A stretch of 64,000 nt of DNA, from NCBI GenBank assembly GCA_964016885.1, contig CAXHJY010000928.1, positions 310,001-374,000 on the forward strand, given 5' to 3'. The position numbers and the translations under genes were made by a program. This stretch comes from Eledone cirrhosa. Taxonomy: Eukaryota. A model generated the notes under the pieces. It saw only the letters and a program-made list of their open reading frames with translations. It did no database searches and was not told the DNA's origin. Below, piece after piece: positions 1-14,550 of the stretch (position 1 is the stretch's first letter; the number at the start of each line of letters is the position of its first letter).

Positions 1-183
1 ATATATATATATATGTATATATATGTATATGTATATATGTATATATATGTATATATATGTATGTGTATATATATATGTATATGTATATATATATGTATAT
101 ATATATGTATATATATATATGTATATGTATATATATATGTATATGTATATATATATGTATATATATATATATATATGTGTATA

Positions 184-227
<44 letters not shown>

Positions 228-230
<3 letters not shown>

Positions 231-3230
231 ATATTAAGGATACTATTTATAGCTATGTATATTTTAAACTATAAACAGAGAAGGTCAGTAATTAATTACT
301 ACCTTATTACCAGTAAGATAAATAGCTCAATGTAAGAACATCAGTTGTTTTACAGAACAGTTATATTGAATTCACAAATCAAAGTTATGTTTAAAACATT
401 TAATCACTGACAATTGTTTCTTCCAAACCTAGCCTTGGAGTCTTCGGAGCAATTTTAATGTTTGTACATATATAATTTACCTCCTACTCAACGTAAGAGA
501 CATACAGATATATATATATATATTGATGTACAGTGTGGAGTTGATGTGACATATATCATATTATACTATAATTGTACAGTAATTCAAATTAAGATTAAAA
601 TCAAAATTCAAAAACAAGATTAAAAGCATAGGTTGGAATACATGCGACAGATATTACAGATAATACAGGAAAATAGTCTAATAATCAAATTAAATAGATA
701 TTATATGCGTTAGTCATATATAGAGGGATGGAACAAGCAAATGTATCATGTATATATGAGTACTGTATGGCAAGGCATTACATGAAATACAAGCACTTTA
801 AGCGGGTGTGTAAGTGTATTATGGTGGTTGCAGTGTGAGGATATTTTCTGTATAGTTCAAAGTTGTATGTGTGCAGAAAAAGGAAGTTATAGGTTTTACA
901 TCCATTACATAAGTTACGATGTATTTGTATTGAATGTTTGTTGTAGTAATGGATTGTAACGTATTGAAACTCAGTGTTATTAATCCATATTTATAGGTTA
1001 GGGTCTTTCGGTTGTGAGAATTAACAGCGGTTTAATATTCGGAAGTGGGTATGTAATTAAGGGGAGGTAACTAGCTCATTCTAATAATTAAATTCATTGC
1101 TCTAATAGACATTATATGGTGCCTCAATTGAGTCCCTTATATAAAAGGTTATATTTTTATATTTAATTTTAAATACAGTCTACTCTCTCATAATGTATTA
1201 AAGGTTTCGATAGGAAGTTGTCTACCCATTATTATATAGTGCCATAATTGAACTTCCCATACAAAGTGCTATATCTTTATATCTAATTACTCTTAAATAC
1301 AGTCTACTCTCAAAACATATTATAGGTCCAATTAGATTTTTGTCTACCCAACATTTGGTAAGCTATGGAACAGCGTACAGCTGTTTGCATGATAAATTAG
1401 ATACATCCCTCGAGTGAACAAATACATCCCCTATATACAATGTTATTAATCCATACATTTGATTATAAATGCATATATAATTCATTGCTCCATATTACAT
1501 ATAAGTTAGACAAATCCCCTATGTTAATAAATTAATCCTATATATCCACAATGCTATCAATTTATACATTTAATTACCAATGTATATATAGTTCATTGTT
1601 GCATCTAGTATTTAAAGTTTATATAAACTGTATTATATTTCAATCACAATACAATTATAAGTAATCTAAAGTAATTATATTAAAAGGTGGTGATTATAAG
1701 GATCTTTCTAGGGTATAAAGTTATGGATAAAATGATTTGTGTAGAGGAAAGGGTGGATCAGAGAGTGTGGTGTAGTGGTGGAAGGCATGACCTTGAGGTG
1801 AAGTGCTAGTAGTGGTGATGAGTTCAAATCTGACATTGTTATATACTAGGTTTAAAGCTTTGGAAGGAGTGTCAGAGTCGGTGTTGGCATGATGCAAGCA
1901 CTTCCGATTTTTTATTAAGGAGGTTAAGATTATAGTATGGGTCTCTAGTAGACAGAGGTTACAAAATTTATTAGGTGGTTTATACGATGCAGCCCTACCT
2001 ACTACTTCCTATTGAAGTGTATATGATCTATTCCTAGTTTTCAGATAGTGTATGTAGCTAGATAGTGAAGTGGAGTTGGTTAGATTGTGCTTCCTGAAAG
2101 AGTGAAGGTGCGAGTTGTATCTCGTCTTGAAGCAGTTCGAAGTAGAGTCTATATAGGTTTCAGAAGAGTTGTTAGTGTCGACCGTGCAGGAGTAAATGAT
2201 ATCCTTGATTAAGCAGTTTTTACCTAAAGGGCAGGTTCTATTAGATCTACAGTTAGATTTATTTTGGATGTTATCTTGTCGGTTATTATGTTGTGTAGAA
2301 GTCTGGTTGCTAGGTATTGCATTAGGGCTATGAATGTTGTTGTTCCTAATGTTATTGATTTCATTAGTGTTATTACTATTATTACTATTGCTATTAGGGT
2401 TTGTAGTTATTATGTTGTTTTGAAAGTTTACACCCTGCTGTGTTTTTAGTTTGTTGAAAATAAGTATTAATCTTTCTTTTATTACTACTAGCTATATGGT
2501 ATGCTATGTTAGGTGAGGTAGAGTAGGAGATTTTAATGGTGTTTTTATTTATAAGACTGTGGTACTTGTGGCCAGATGGGAAGTTTTTATCCAGGATTGA
2601 GAAAAAAGCCTTAGGTAGGTTGGTAGAGACGTTTAGATTGAAAGGGGGATTGAAAAATGTATTAGTTCTTCATCTATTTTTGCTTTTTATATCTATTGAG
2701 GTATTTCTGTTTATAATATTTTGGTGTCTACTCTGGTGCGAGTTACGTTTGATGCTACCCTTCGTATTAGTGTGAGTGTGGTTATTATTCTTATTACTAT
2801 TTTTCCTCATGGTCATATTGTGAGGAATAATGTTGTAACCATGTGATTTTACAAGTAGGAACTCAATCCCATTATTATGGCCTGATTCAGCTAATGCCTG
2901 TATTGTGAATATTGCCAAATATGGTTTCATTATAAGATAGATTAGAGATTCTATTATATATTCCTTTAGTGATTGAGTTTAATATGGATCTAGGGTGATT
3001 AGACTTGGTATCTACATAAATTAGTTTTTCGTTAGGTTTATGACATGGTGTATATATTTTAGAGTGTAGGTAAAGGGTGGCATCTAGGAAGTTAACATTT
3101 TTAGTGTTTTTGTCTATGGTGATACTTAAGTTGTAGTTTTTGAAAGTTTTATGCACTAGCTTCCTAGTTCTTTCTATATTAAATTTTTTATAGTCTATAA
3201 GGAGTAGTGCATCGTCGCAGTATAAACCAC
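228..3230 (-). mobile_element. 5'-truncated, decayed Penelope-like element (RT C-terminus, GIY-YIG endonuclease, long 3' UTR, pseudo-LTR)
   Basis: Minus strand GLYCDDALL at ~3200-3230, VNFLDATL..HKPNE..SNHP (ORF 2887-3156), FFNPPF, NCRSNRTCPLGKNCL, YIDSTSNCFKTRYNSH; hammerhead near 3' end; ends in (TA)n. Confidence 0.88.
402..453 (-). ncRNA. Minimal hammerhead ribozyme motif (CCGAAGA variant)
   Basis: Minus: AAUUGCU-CCGAAGA-CUCCA..UGGAA-GAAAC-AAUU-GUC-AGUGAUU; palindromic stem III. Confidence 0.7.
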
Positions 3231-3530
3231 GTATAATAAAATATATGGAACTCTTATAACCATCTTTATTTCATCTTTATTATATATACTCCTGTTCTAC
3301 TAACTGTTGAGTGCTACTTATCTGATATATGCATAGTTTTATTGTTCTACAATATTCATCACCTTATATATATATATAATAATATAATAATAATGAAATT
3401 GTGTACAGTGCTCAAGTACACTACAACTCATCAAAGGTGTATGTATAGTACATAGAATAATGTACAAATGTCAGGAAAATATATGTATATATATGTAATA
3501 TATCTATATATTATATGTGGTGTGTGTGTG

Positions 3531-3561
<31 letters not shown>

Positions 3562-3599
3562 ATATATATATATATGTGTGTGTATATATATAAATGTAT

Positions 3600-6350
3600 G
3601 TATCTTCTTGGTTGTCCATCGTAAACGATGATGACATCTTCTTTATTTTAGTTCCCGTCTGCCGTGGGCACGATGGTGGCCGTGGAGGCCGATCCTTGAC
3701 TTGCAGGTCCGGGGACAGTGGGGGCAGGGGAAGAGACTGGAGTTGCTTGGGGCAGCTGCTGATGCCTTTCTCCTTCTTTCACGGGCCTCAGTGACCTCTG
3801 CCCGTCTCTTCTCTTCAAAAGAGTCTTTGGCGCGTCTGATAAGGGCTCGCCACTCAGCCCTGTCCTGAGCATGGGACTTGAGTTGTTTTGGCGCGATTCC
3901 AGTGTTGTTGATGCTGGACTTCACGCAGTCTTTGAACCTCTTAAGAGACCTGCCCTGCTTTCGTTTCCCCGAACAGAGTTCCCCATACATCAGTTGCTTC
4001 GGAAGCCTGTGATCGTCCATCCGGATGACATGTCCCACCCATCAAAGTTGACTCTTCAGTATCATAGCTTCGACACTGGTTGTCTCAGCCATGTCAAGAA
4101 CTTCGAGGTTGGAGACCTTGTCCTGCCATTTGATGTTCATGATTGACCGCAGGCTGCTCATGTGGAACCGTTCCAGCTGCTTCAGGTGCCTTCTATCCAG
4201 GGTCCATGTCTCACATCTGTAGAGGAGGCTGGTGAGAACAACGGCCCTATACACCTTGAGCTTGGTGGACTGCCTGATGTTGTACTGGTTCAGTACGCGT
4301 GTCCTCAGGCGGCCGAGGGCTTGACTGGCCCTGCAGATTCTGGCATTTATCTCCTTGTCGAGGCTTCCATCGCTGCTGATGACACTGCCGAGATACTTGA
4401 AGTCGTCCACCGTCTTTAGCTGGGTGCCTACAATGGAGATGGAAGGAGGGTGGGCGACGGAGGCAGGTGCAGGCTGGAACAGGACCTCAGTCTTGCCAAG
4501 GCTAATTGTGAGACCGAAGAGGCAGGAGGCCTCCACGAACTTGTTGACGATGAGTTGGAGGTCAGACTCCCTGTGGGCCATGAGGGCACAGTTGTCAGCA
4601 AAAAGTGCCTCCAGGACGATCCTCTGCACGGCCCTTGTCTTGGCCGTCAAGTGCCGCAGGTCAAATGGAGCCGTCCAGTCTGTATCGACGGGAGCCAGCA
4701 CGCATCCTTGCTTGACGCCGTTGGTGATTCCGAACGGTTCCGATGTCTCTCCGCCCGAGCGCACCTGCCCGGTCATGTCGTCATGGAATTGCCGTATCAA
4801 GTTCATAAACATTGTCGGGCATCCAAACTTTGACAGAATCGACCAGAGGGCCTCCCTGTTGACAGTGTCGAAGGTCTTTGTCAAGTCTATGAAGACGGCA
4901 AAGAGGTCCATATTCTGCTCGACACACTTCTCCTGCACCTCGCGTAGAGAGAAGATCATCTCGATCGTGCTGCGGTTTGGGCGGAACCCACACTGGGCCT
5001 CAGGCAGGTTGTCCTCCGAGATGTTGGCGATGAGGTGGTTGAGCATGACTCGACCCAGGACCTTCCCAGCGATGACAGGAGAGAAATGACCCGATAGTTG
5101 CCACAGTCAGTTTTGCTGCCTTTGTTCTTAAAAAGCGAGACAACTGTGGCATCCCTGAAGTCTTTGGCCACCTCTTCTCCCTCCCATATGCTGATGAGGT
5201 GGTGTTGAAGGCCCCCAGGGCAGCCGGACAGGCCGACTTGAAGATCTCGGCAGGAATTCCGTCCTTCCCAGGGGCATTTCTTGAGCTGGTCTGGTTGATT
5301 GCCTTCGTGACTTCATCCAACGTGGGAGGGGGGGTTCAAGGCTGCCGACTACGGGCTTCTGTGGGACCTGGTCGAGGGCGGCAGGGTCGGAGTGGAGGGC
5401 TTGTTGAGCAGGTTGCTGAAGTATTCTCTCCACCTCGAGTTGATGCTGCTCTTCTCCTTCAGCAGGATCGAGCCGTCAGCAGACAGCAGTGGTGTGGTGA
5501 CAGGCTTGGGGGGTCCATAGATCTCCCTAATGGCAATGAAGAACATCTTGGAGTTCTTTGTGTCAGCGTATCTCTCGACTTCTTCGGCCTTCTTTTCCCA
5601 CCACTTGTCTTGCATTCTGCGTAGCGCTGCTTGGGTCTGCCTCTGGAGGTGCTTGAAGCGGTCGCGGTTCGAGGTGGAGGAGTGGTCATTCTGCCACTCA
5701 ATGAAAGCCCTCCTCTTCTCGTCCAGGAGTTGTCTGATGCGCTCATCGTGTTCATCAAACCAGTGCTGGTAGACTCTCTTCCTCGGCCCGATGGTTGCCT
5801 TGGCTGACTCTGTCACCAGCGACCTGAACTGGCCCCACTGTTGAGTTGGGGGTCCGGTCAGTGGTTCATGGGCAGTCAGCCGGCCGTCCAGGTCTTCCGC
5901 GAACGCATCACGATGCTCTGGCTGCTTGATACCTGCGACGTTGAAAGCTGCCCTACAGACTTTCGGACTCTTGCGATGCGTCGGGGTGTTGTGCAGTGAC
6001 AGGATAGTCCTGACAAGGCGATGGTCTCTGCACCACGCATGGCCCTGGTGATAGTGACATCACGGATGTCCCTCCTGCAGCACATGGCAAAGTCAATCAG
6101 ATGCCACTGTTTGGATCTGGGGTCATCCATGTCGTCTTCAATTTGTCTGACTGGTGGAACAATGTGCTGGTGATGGTGAGGACGTTCTCGGCGTAGAAAC
6201 TCAACAGTATGAGGCGTTAGAGTTCAGCTTCCCTGTGCCGTGAGGTCCCAGCACGGCTCTCCAGTTGCTGCTGTCAGACCCGACTCTTGCGTTGAAGTCC
6301 CCCAGTAGGATGAGTTTATCGCTTGGAGGGGTTCCCAGTTTACTCGCTGA
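3600..6350 (-). mobile_element. Decayed RTE-clade LINE (APE endonuclease, RT, C-terminal C2H2 finger), GC-rich
   Basis: [10 protein letters not shown] (APE), EAQCGFR, FIDLTKTFD, GVKQGCVLAP, LFADN (RT), CPHCPRTCKSRIGLHGHHRAH; multiple frameshifts and stops. Confidence 0.93.
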
Positions 6351-6577
6351 CGACCCGACTGGTTTACATGTTACTAGTAGCACTCAAGAGTGACCTGACA
6401 CATGTATGTATATATATATGTAATATATATATATATATGTATATATCATCATCATCACCGTTTTACGTCCGTTCTTCCACGCTAGCATGGGTTAGATATA
6501 TGTAATATATTATATATATATAATGTGTGTGTATATATATATATATGTATGTACATATATGTAATATATTATATATA

Positions 6578-6684
<107 letters not shown>

Positions 6685-6757
6685 GTAATATATTATATAT
6701 ATATATGTGTATATATATATATATATATGTATGTATATATATGTAATATATTATATA

Positions 6758-6850
<93 letters not shown>

Positions 6851-6923
6851 GTAATATATTATATATATATATGTGTGTATATATATATATATATGTATGT
6901 ATATATATGTAATATATTATATA

Positions 6924-6976
<53 letters not shown>

Positions 6977-7019
6977 TATATATATGTGTGTGTATATATA
7001 TATATATATATGTATGAGT

Positions 7020-7690
7020 CTGTATACGTACATACATATATGTATACAGACGTACAGTATTATGTATAAATATATACATACATGCACACATATATATATG
7101 TACGTATGGATTCACCAAACATTTATTATAATGGTCGGTGTGTTAAAATGCATAAGGAAAGTATATACTTTCAGACGTTCAACAATCTGGCAGGAAGGTA
7201 TACGTTGATGACGATAGCTAATAAGCTTGAAACTAGTACATCGTTCCTTTGTCAGTGTTGAACAAACGAGCAACGATGGTTGCTGAACACTACAGCTTAA
7301 TACGGGATGTTTATTTACAAACACACCGAGCATTGTAATAAATGTTCGGTGAATCCATACGTACATATATATATATATGTGTGCATGTATGTATATATAT
7401 ATACATACTACTGTACGTATGTATACATATATGAATGTACGTGTACATACTTATATTTAAGTAACAGCCGTACTAAGAGTGGGAAATGAAATTTCGTTTC
7501 ATTTTTTTCCGTTTATATATGTATGTATATATATGTATGCGTGTGTATATATATATATATATATATGTATGTATATTATCTTCAAATTTCTCTTAAACTA
7601 TTCAACTATATGCCAAAAATCAACAGACACATTCACAAAACACACTCACTCACACACTCGTGCGCACCCACATACACCCACACATACATA
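7020..7690. mobile_element. Non-coding fold-back element, copy 1 (inverted arms ~7020-7146 / ~7318-7450; degenerate hammerhead at 7202-7244 on +)
   Basis: gtacgtatggattcaccaaacatttattataatggtcggtgtgtt vs aacacaccgagcattgtaataaatgttcggtgaatccatacgtac; spacer has AUGACGA-UAGCU-AAUA-AGCUU-GAAAC-UA-GUA; homologous to 16838-17678. Confidence 0.75.
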
Positions 7691-7709
7691 TATACATATA
7701 TATATATAT

Positions 7710-9355
7710 ATCATCATCATCATCATCATCAACGTTTAACGTCCGTGTTCCACGCTTGCATGGGTTTGGACGGGGGTAGTCCCACTTGAGGCAAGAGTGA
7801 TTGTCTTGCTCGCATAGGACTGTCTGGCAGGTTTTCTACAGTTGGATGCCCTTCCTAACACCAACCACATTTACAGTGTGGGTCTGGGAGGTTTTTACCG
7901 TGTTGCCTACACGGCCACATTACAGCGTGGACTGTGTGTTTTTTTGTCGTGACACCTACACGATCTCATTTGTTTCGGCCTGGATGGTGTGGCACCAACA
8001 TAACTTTACATAGAACGGGGTGGTGTGGATGGGGTGGGGGTGGTGGGACGGGGGGGTATTTTGTTAGAGATGCCTACTGGCTGTAGTAGGTTTTACTATG
8101 TATTTAGGTAAGGCGGGTCTTCTCTGTTACTGAGTACCGCCAAAGGTCTCGGTCCAGTAACATTGTCTTGGAGAGGTGTAAGTGTGTGAGGTCGGAGTTT
8201 ATCAGCTCGTCCCAGGTTTTTCTAGGTCCGCCTATTCCGTGGCTACCGTCTATCTTTATTGCCCTGCACTTTGTTATACTGATATCGACTTTCATGCGCA
8301 TCACGTGTCCGTACCAACGTAGCCTTCTCTCGAGTAAAGAACATCTGATCCCTCTTATTTCTAATTTTTTCCTTAGTTCGTTTATGCTTTGCCGTTCACG
8401 TATATTACTGTTACACATCCAGCGGAGCATGCAAGCTTCGTTCCTCTCTAGTCTGCATATATCCTCTGCACACAATGCCCAGGTCTCACTGCCATGCAAC
8501 ATTGCTGTTCATATGCAGGCATCGTACAACCTGCCTTTCATTTTTAGGGAGAACCCTTTAGCAGCTAATAGTGGTATAAGCTCTCTGAACTTTTTCCAAC
8601 CAGTTCTGACTCTAGCCACTGTACTTTCAGAGCACCCTCCCCCACTGCTGATTTTATCACCCAGGTAACGGAAGCTGTCCACTATTTCTATAGAACCCTC
8701 TGCGCAATTGAAAGAGCTAGTATTTAGTGGGCACTTGCTGCTACTTATTGCACCAGAGCACTGGCCACATGTAAAATCTATGTTCTTAGTTAGCTTACCT
8801 GTGATCCTACTACATCTTTTATGCACCCATACTTTGCATTTGGGACATAAAATGGAGTTTCTACCTACGCCTTTCCTACACACCGAGCACGACCATTTCC
8901 CGGATGGGACCGGCGCCCTATTTTCCTTCCTACAAACTAGAACTTTAGTCTTAGCCAGGTTAATTTTAAGTCCTTTTGATTCTAGGCCGTGCTTCCATGT
9001 TTGGAATTTCTTCTCTAGCTCGGCCATTGATTCCGCTATGAGTGTCAGGTCGTCTGCGTATAGGAGTTCCCATGGGCAGCCGGTCTTGAACTCCTCTGTT
9101 ATAGCCTGAAGGGCAATAATAAATAGTAGGGGGCTGAGAACAGAGCCCTGATGGACGCCAACTTTTACGCTAAACTCTTCACTATATTCGTTGTTAATTC
9201 TAACCTTGCTGACTGTTTCTTTATACATGGCTTGTATAGCTCTCACAAGCCATTCGTCAACGCCTAGTTTTCTAAGAGCCCACCAGATAATGGAGCGGGG
9301 GAATCTGTCGAAGGCCTTCTCCAAGTCGACAAAAGCTAAGTAGAGGGGTTTACCT
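7710..9355 (-). mobile_element. RTE LINE family B, 5'-truncated
   Basis: [35 protein letters not shown]; (GAT)n tail at ~7710-7730. Confidence 0.95.
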
Positions 9356-9439
9356 GTATATATATATATATATATACACACATACATATACATATATATA
9401 TACATATACACACACATATATATATACACATACATACAT

Positions 9440-9470
<31 letters not shown>

Positions 9471-9647
9471 CACACATATATACACACATACGTACACACA
9501 TACACACATACATATACATATATATATATACACACACATATATACATACACCTACATATACACATATACACATATACACACATATACACATATACATGTG
9601 GATACATACATATATACATATACACACACATATACACATATATATAC

Positions 9648-9688
<41 letters not shown>

Positions 9689-9774
9689 CATATATACACA
9701 TATACACACACACATATATACATTCATGGGTGTATACATACATGCATATGCATCTGCACGAATGCACGCATGCA

Positions 9775-9808
<34 letters not shown>

Positions 9809-9861
9809 TATACATATATATATATACACACACATATATACATATATATATATATATACAC

Positions 9862-9912
<51 letters not shown>

Positions 9913-10217
9913 TATATACACATATACACACACACATATACATATACACAGACACACACACACAAGCACACACATACACATCCACATACACACACACAAA
10001 TATACACATATATATATATACACAAACATATACATATATATATATATATATATACATACACATACATACACACACATACACATACATACATATATAAATA
10101 CAAATACATACACACATATACATACAAATACACATACATATATATACACATATACATATATATACATATATACACATATACACATACACATATACACATA
10201 CATATATATATACATAC

Positions 10218-10249
<32 letters not shown>

Positions 10250-10251
<2 letters not shown>

Positions 10252-10698
10252 CATCATCAACGTTTAACGTCCGTGTTCCACGCTTGCATGGGTTTGGACG
10301 TGGTAGTCCCACTTGAGGCAAGAGTGATAGTCTTGCTCGCATAGGACTGTCTGGCAGGTTTTCTACAGTTGGATGCCCTTCCTAACACCAACCACATTTA
10401 CAGTGTGGGTCTGGGAGGTTTTTACCGTGTTGCCTCCACGGCCACATTACAGCGTGGACTGTGTGTTTTTTTGTCGTGACACCTACACGATCTCATTTGT
10501 TTCGGCCTGGATGGCGCGGGACCAACATAACTTTACATAGAACGGGGTGGTGTGGAAGGGGTGGGGGTGGTGGGACGGGGTGTATTTTGTTAGAGATGCC
10601 TACTGGCTGTAGTAGGTTTTACTATGTATTTAGGTAAGGCGGGTCTTCTCTGTTACTGAGTACCGCCAAAGGTCTCGGTCCAGTGACATTGTCTTGGA
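10250..10698 (-). mobile_element. RTE family B 3' end fragment
   Basis: Near-identical to 7720-8175. Confidence 0.9.
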
Positions 10699-10781
10699 GA
10701 TATATATATACATATATATACACATATATATACACACATATACATATATATACACACACACACACACACACATAGACACAT

Positions 10782-13700
10782 ATCATCATCATCATCATTT
10801 TACGTCCGCTTTACCCTGCTTGCAAGGGTGGGACGGGTCTTATTCAGCACAGCATCTCTCCACTCGTCACGGTCCCTCATCATCTCCACCGTGAGCTTCA
10901 ATGATCTGAGGTCTGTTCTCACCACCTCTGCCCATGTTTTTCGTTGTCTACCTCTACCACATCTTCCTTCAACTGGCAATTCCTGGCACTTCTCCACCCA
11001 TCGGTCATCCTCCATGCGCTTCACATGTCCATACCACCTCAGTCTCCTCTCCCGTACGCTACATTCTATCCCTCTCAGACACAGTTTCTCTCTCAACACA
11101 TTTATGCTGGGTCGTTCACGCATATTTACACTGCACATCCAACGGAGCATGCTTGCCTCATTTCTCTCCAGCCGTCGAATATCCTCTGCAGTTGCTGCCC
11201 ATGTCTCACTACTATGCAGCATCGCGCTCCTCACACAGGCATCATACAACCGGCCTTTCGTACGCAGGGAGAAACCCTTCTTCGTCAACAGAGGAAGCAG
11301 CTCCCTAAACTTATTCCAACCCGTCCTTATTCTAGATACTATGGCCTCGGAACACCCTCCTCCCATGCTAATCTGATCTCCTAGGTACTGGAAGCTATCC
11401 ACCACTTCTATAGCGCCCTCTTGCATTTGAAAAATGTGTCTATCAATGCGACTTCTACTGTCTAATTTCCCTGTACATCTACTGCATACATATTTCTCCC
11501 TACCTGTTAGTTTGCCTGCTATCCCGCTACATCTCTTGTGTACCCAGGATCTGCATTGTGTGCATTTTATAGAATTTATGCCAGTTCCTTTTCTGCATAT
11601 CGAACATGGCCATTTCCCTGACGGAATCAGGGTTTTGTCCTCTTTTCTACTCATCAACACTTTTGTCTTAGCTAGATTCACTCTCAGTCCTCTTGCTTCC
11701 AACTGCTGTTTCCATAGCCAGAATTTATTCTCTAGCTCCTCTACTGATTCTGCTATAAGAACCAGATCGTCAGCGTAGAGAAGTTCTCATGGACAGCCAG
11801 TCTTAAACTCCTCTGTTATGGCTTGGAGGACTATAATGAACAAGAACGGGCTGAGGACCGAACCTTGATGTACTCCTACTTGTATCTGGAATTCCTCACT
11901 AAACTCCATTCCTACCCTGACTTTACTGAGAGTACCTCTGTACAAAGTTTGCATTGTCCTCACAAGCCATTCCTCAACACCTCGCTTCCTTAGGGACCAC
12001 CAGATGACAGATCGGCGTACCCTATCAAAGGCCTTCTCTAGGTCAACAAAGGCTTGGTATAGTGGCTTATTCTTCTCTAAGAACCTCTCTTGTAATTGTC
12101 TCACCAAGAAGAGGGCATCTGTTGTACTCTTCCCAGGCACAAAACCAAACTGCATCTCATCTAGTTTGACCCTTTCTCTAATTAGTTGTGCTAAAATCCT
12201 TTTTGCCACTTTCATAACCTGATCTATCAGTTTTATACCCCTATAATTGCTCCTCTCCAAAGCATCCCCTTTACCTTTGTAGCAATTTATGAGAATACTG
12301 CTGCCCCAGTCTTTGGGTATGACACCACCATATATAGCCTGATTGATGATGCGTGCAACCAGTTTAGTGCCTACGTCCCCTGATGCCTTCAGCATCTCAG
12401 CAACTATTCCCGATGGTCCGGCCGCCTTACCATTTTTTATTTCCCTAATCGCCTCTTGGACCCTATATTCGTCAATCTCAATAGCTGGTCCCTCTGTCGG
12501 ATCCACCAAGGGTAATTTCTCTCTCTCCCATTCGTTCTCCACATTCATCAGTCTCTCATAATGATATTTCCAGGCCTCCTTTTTCTGATCATTCGTGACA
12601 CTAAGTACACCGGCATCATCCCGGACACATTTATCTCCTACAACATCCTGATTTGCATTGACACACTGCCTTGCAATGTGGAACACCGCACGCCTCTGAT
12701 CTTCCCGTTGCAGAACATTGGCAAACCTCCTACTCTCTGCCTCCCTGCGTGCTAAGTACACCTGACGTCTAGCTTCTCTCTTAGTGGCTGTATATTCTTC
12801 CCTACTCCCACCCTATTTCCAAGCCTTCCATGCTAGTCTTTTGTCTCTAATAGCCTTATCTACTGTGCTGTTCCACCACCAGGTCACTCTCTGTCTGGTT
12901 GGAGCTCTGCTCCAGCCACAGGTTTCATCAGTAGCCTTGTCACGTAAGAAATTCCAGTTATTATCTATGTCATACGTCTCTAAATCGTCTTCTTTTTCGT
13001 CATATACATCTTGAAGGGCTTTCCTAAATTTGTATTTTAGTGAAAGGTCTTTTAGCTTCCAGACCTTTCTTCTCCACACCTTCCTATATGTCTCATTCCA
13101 TCTCTTGCTTACTGAGATATCACTAACAACTAACCTATGCTGTGGGGTACATTCTTCCCCAGGGTATGCCTTGGTATTAGACACTATCTGCCTGTCCCGC
13201 TGCCTAACTAGCAGGAAGTCAATCTGGCTTATGTGCTCACCAGATTTGTAGGTTATTAGGTGATTGGCAGGTTTCTGGTAGTTTGTGTTGCAAATAGTCA
13301 ATGTACTTGCATCACAAAATTCAAGAAGTCTCACTCCTTCTTCTTTTCTTGAACCGTAACCGTGCCCACCATGTACCCCAGTGTAACCATCCTGGAGCTG
13401 TCCAACATGACCATTGAAGTCTCCTGCTAGCATAACGATGTCTCCGTCCTCTGTCATTGCGGTTGTTTGCAAAAGTTGCTCATAAAAGCAGTCTTTCTCA
13501 TCTTTGCCTAGGCCTGCTTGGGGAGCATAGGCCGAGATGATTGTCAGTAGTCTCCTACCTACAACTAATCTAAGCTTAATTATTCGATTACTAACTCGAA
13601 CTACCTCTATTGTCTTATTGATCCATTTCTCAGCCAGGAAAATGCCTACTCCCCCTAGCCTATCATCCTTACCTACCCAGAATAGCTTATAGCTAAGACG

Positions 13701-13945
13701 CTTGCCTACGACTAGTCTCGCAGAGGCACCTCTCCATCTCACCTCTTGCACGCAGCATACATCCACCTGCCTTCTCTCCAGCATCTCTGCTATTTCAGCA
13801 GATCTACCTCTGAGAGTGCCAACATTAAGTGTTGCAACTCTGAGATGCGACGTCTTCATATTTTGTTGTTGTTCCTATTTGTTGCTGTGCTGATAAGAGT
13901 TTTGGCAGTGATACACTGGCTGGATGCCCTTCCTAACACCAGCAA
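10782..13945 (-). mobile_element. RTE LINE family A, near full length (APE 12813-13859, RT and C-terminus), frameshifted
   Basis: LRVATLNVGTL, CCVQEVRW, SAYAPQ, GDFNGHVG, QIDFLL, QHRLV; [23 protein letters not shown]; (GAT)n tail. Confidence 0.95.
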
Positions 13946-14224
13946 TATATATATATATATATACATATACATGTGCACACATACACACATACATATACAT
14001 ATATATACACATATACACACATATACACACACATATATATATACACACACATACACACATATATACATATACACATATATATATACACATACATATACAT
14101 ACATATATATATATATATATACATACATATATACACACACATACACACATATATTCATATATATATATACACATACACATACATATACATAAATATATAT
14201 ACATACATATATATATATATATAC

Positions 14225-14550
14225 ATGGCTTAGTGGTTAGAGCATTGGCCTTGCAATCGAAAGGTTGTGAGTTCAATTCTCAGACCGGGTGATGTGTTGT
14301 TTCCTTGAGCAAGACACTTTATTTCACATTGCTCCAGTTTACTCAGCTGTAGAAATGAGATGATAGGGACTGGGGTCCCTATCATTCCACTGCAGAGTGG
14401 TCGTGGAGGTGCCACGGCAAAAAAGCACCCAGCACTCACTGTAAATGAGGTTGGTGTTAGGAAGGGCATCCAGCTGTAGAAATCAAGCCAGAATCAGTTC
14501 CCGTCCCACCCTTGCAAGCAGGGAAAAGCGGACGTAAAATTATGATGAAA
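14225..14550 (+). mobile_element. tRNA-derived SINE with RTE family A 3' tail
   Basis: A box TGGCTTAGTGGT, B box GAGTTCAATTC; tail cccgtcccacccttgcaagcagggaaaagcggacgtaaaat identical to the RTE-A 3' end at 40084-40125. Confidence 0.9.

Noticed and set aside
4355-5089. Antisense ORFs overlapping the LINE and PLE coding regions
   Set aside because: Shadow frames of the retroelement ORFs with no independent motifs.
14225-14295. tRNA gene
   Set aside because: A and B boxes are present, but it is the head of a multi-copy SINE with a LINE tail.
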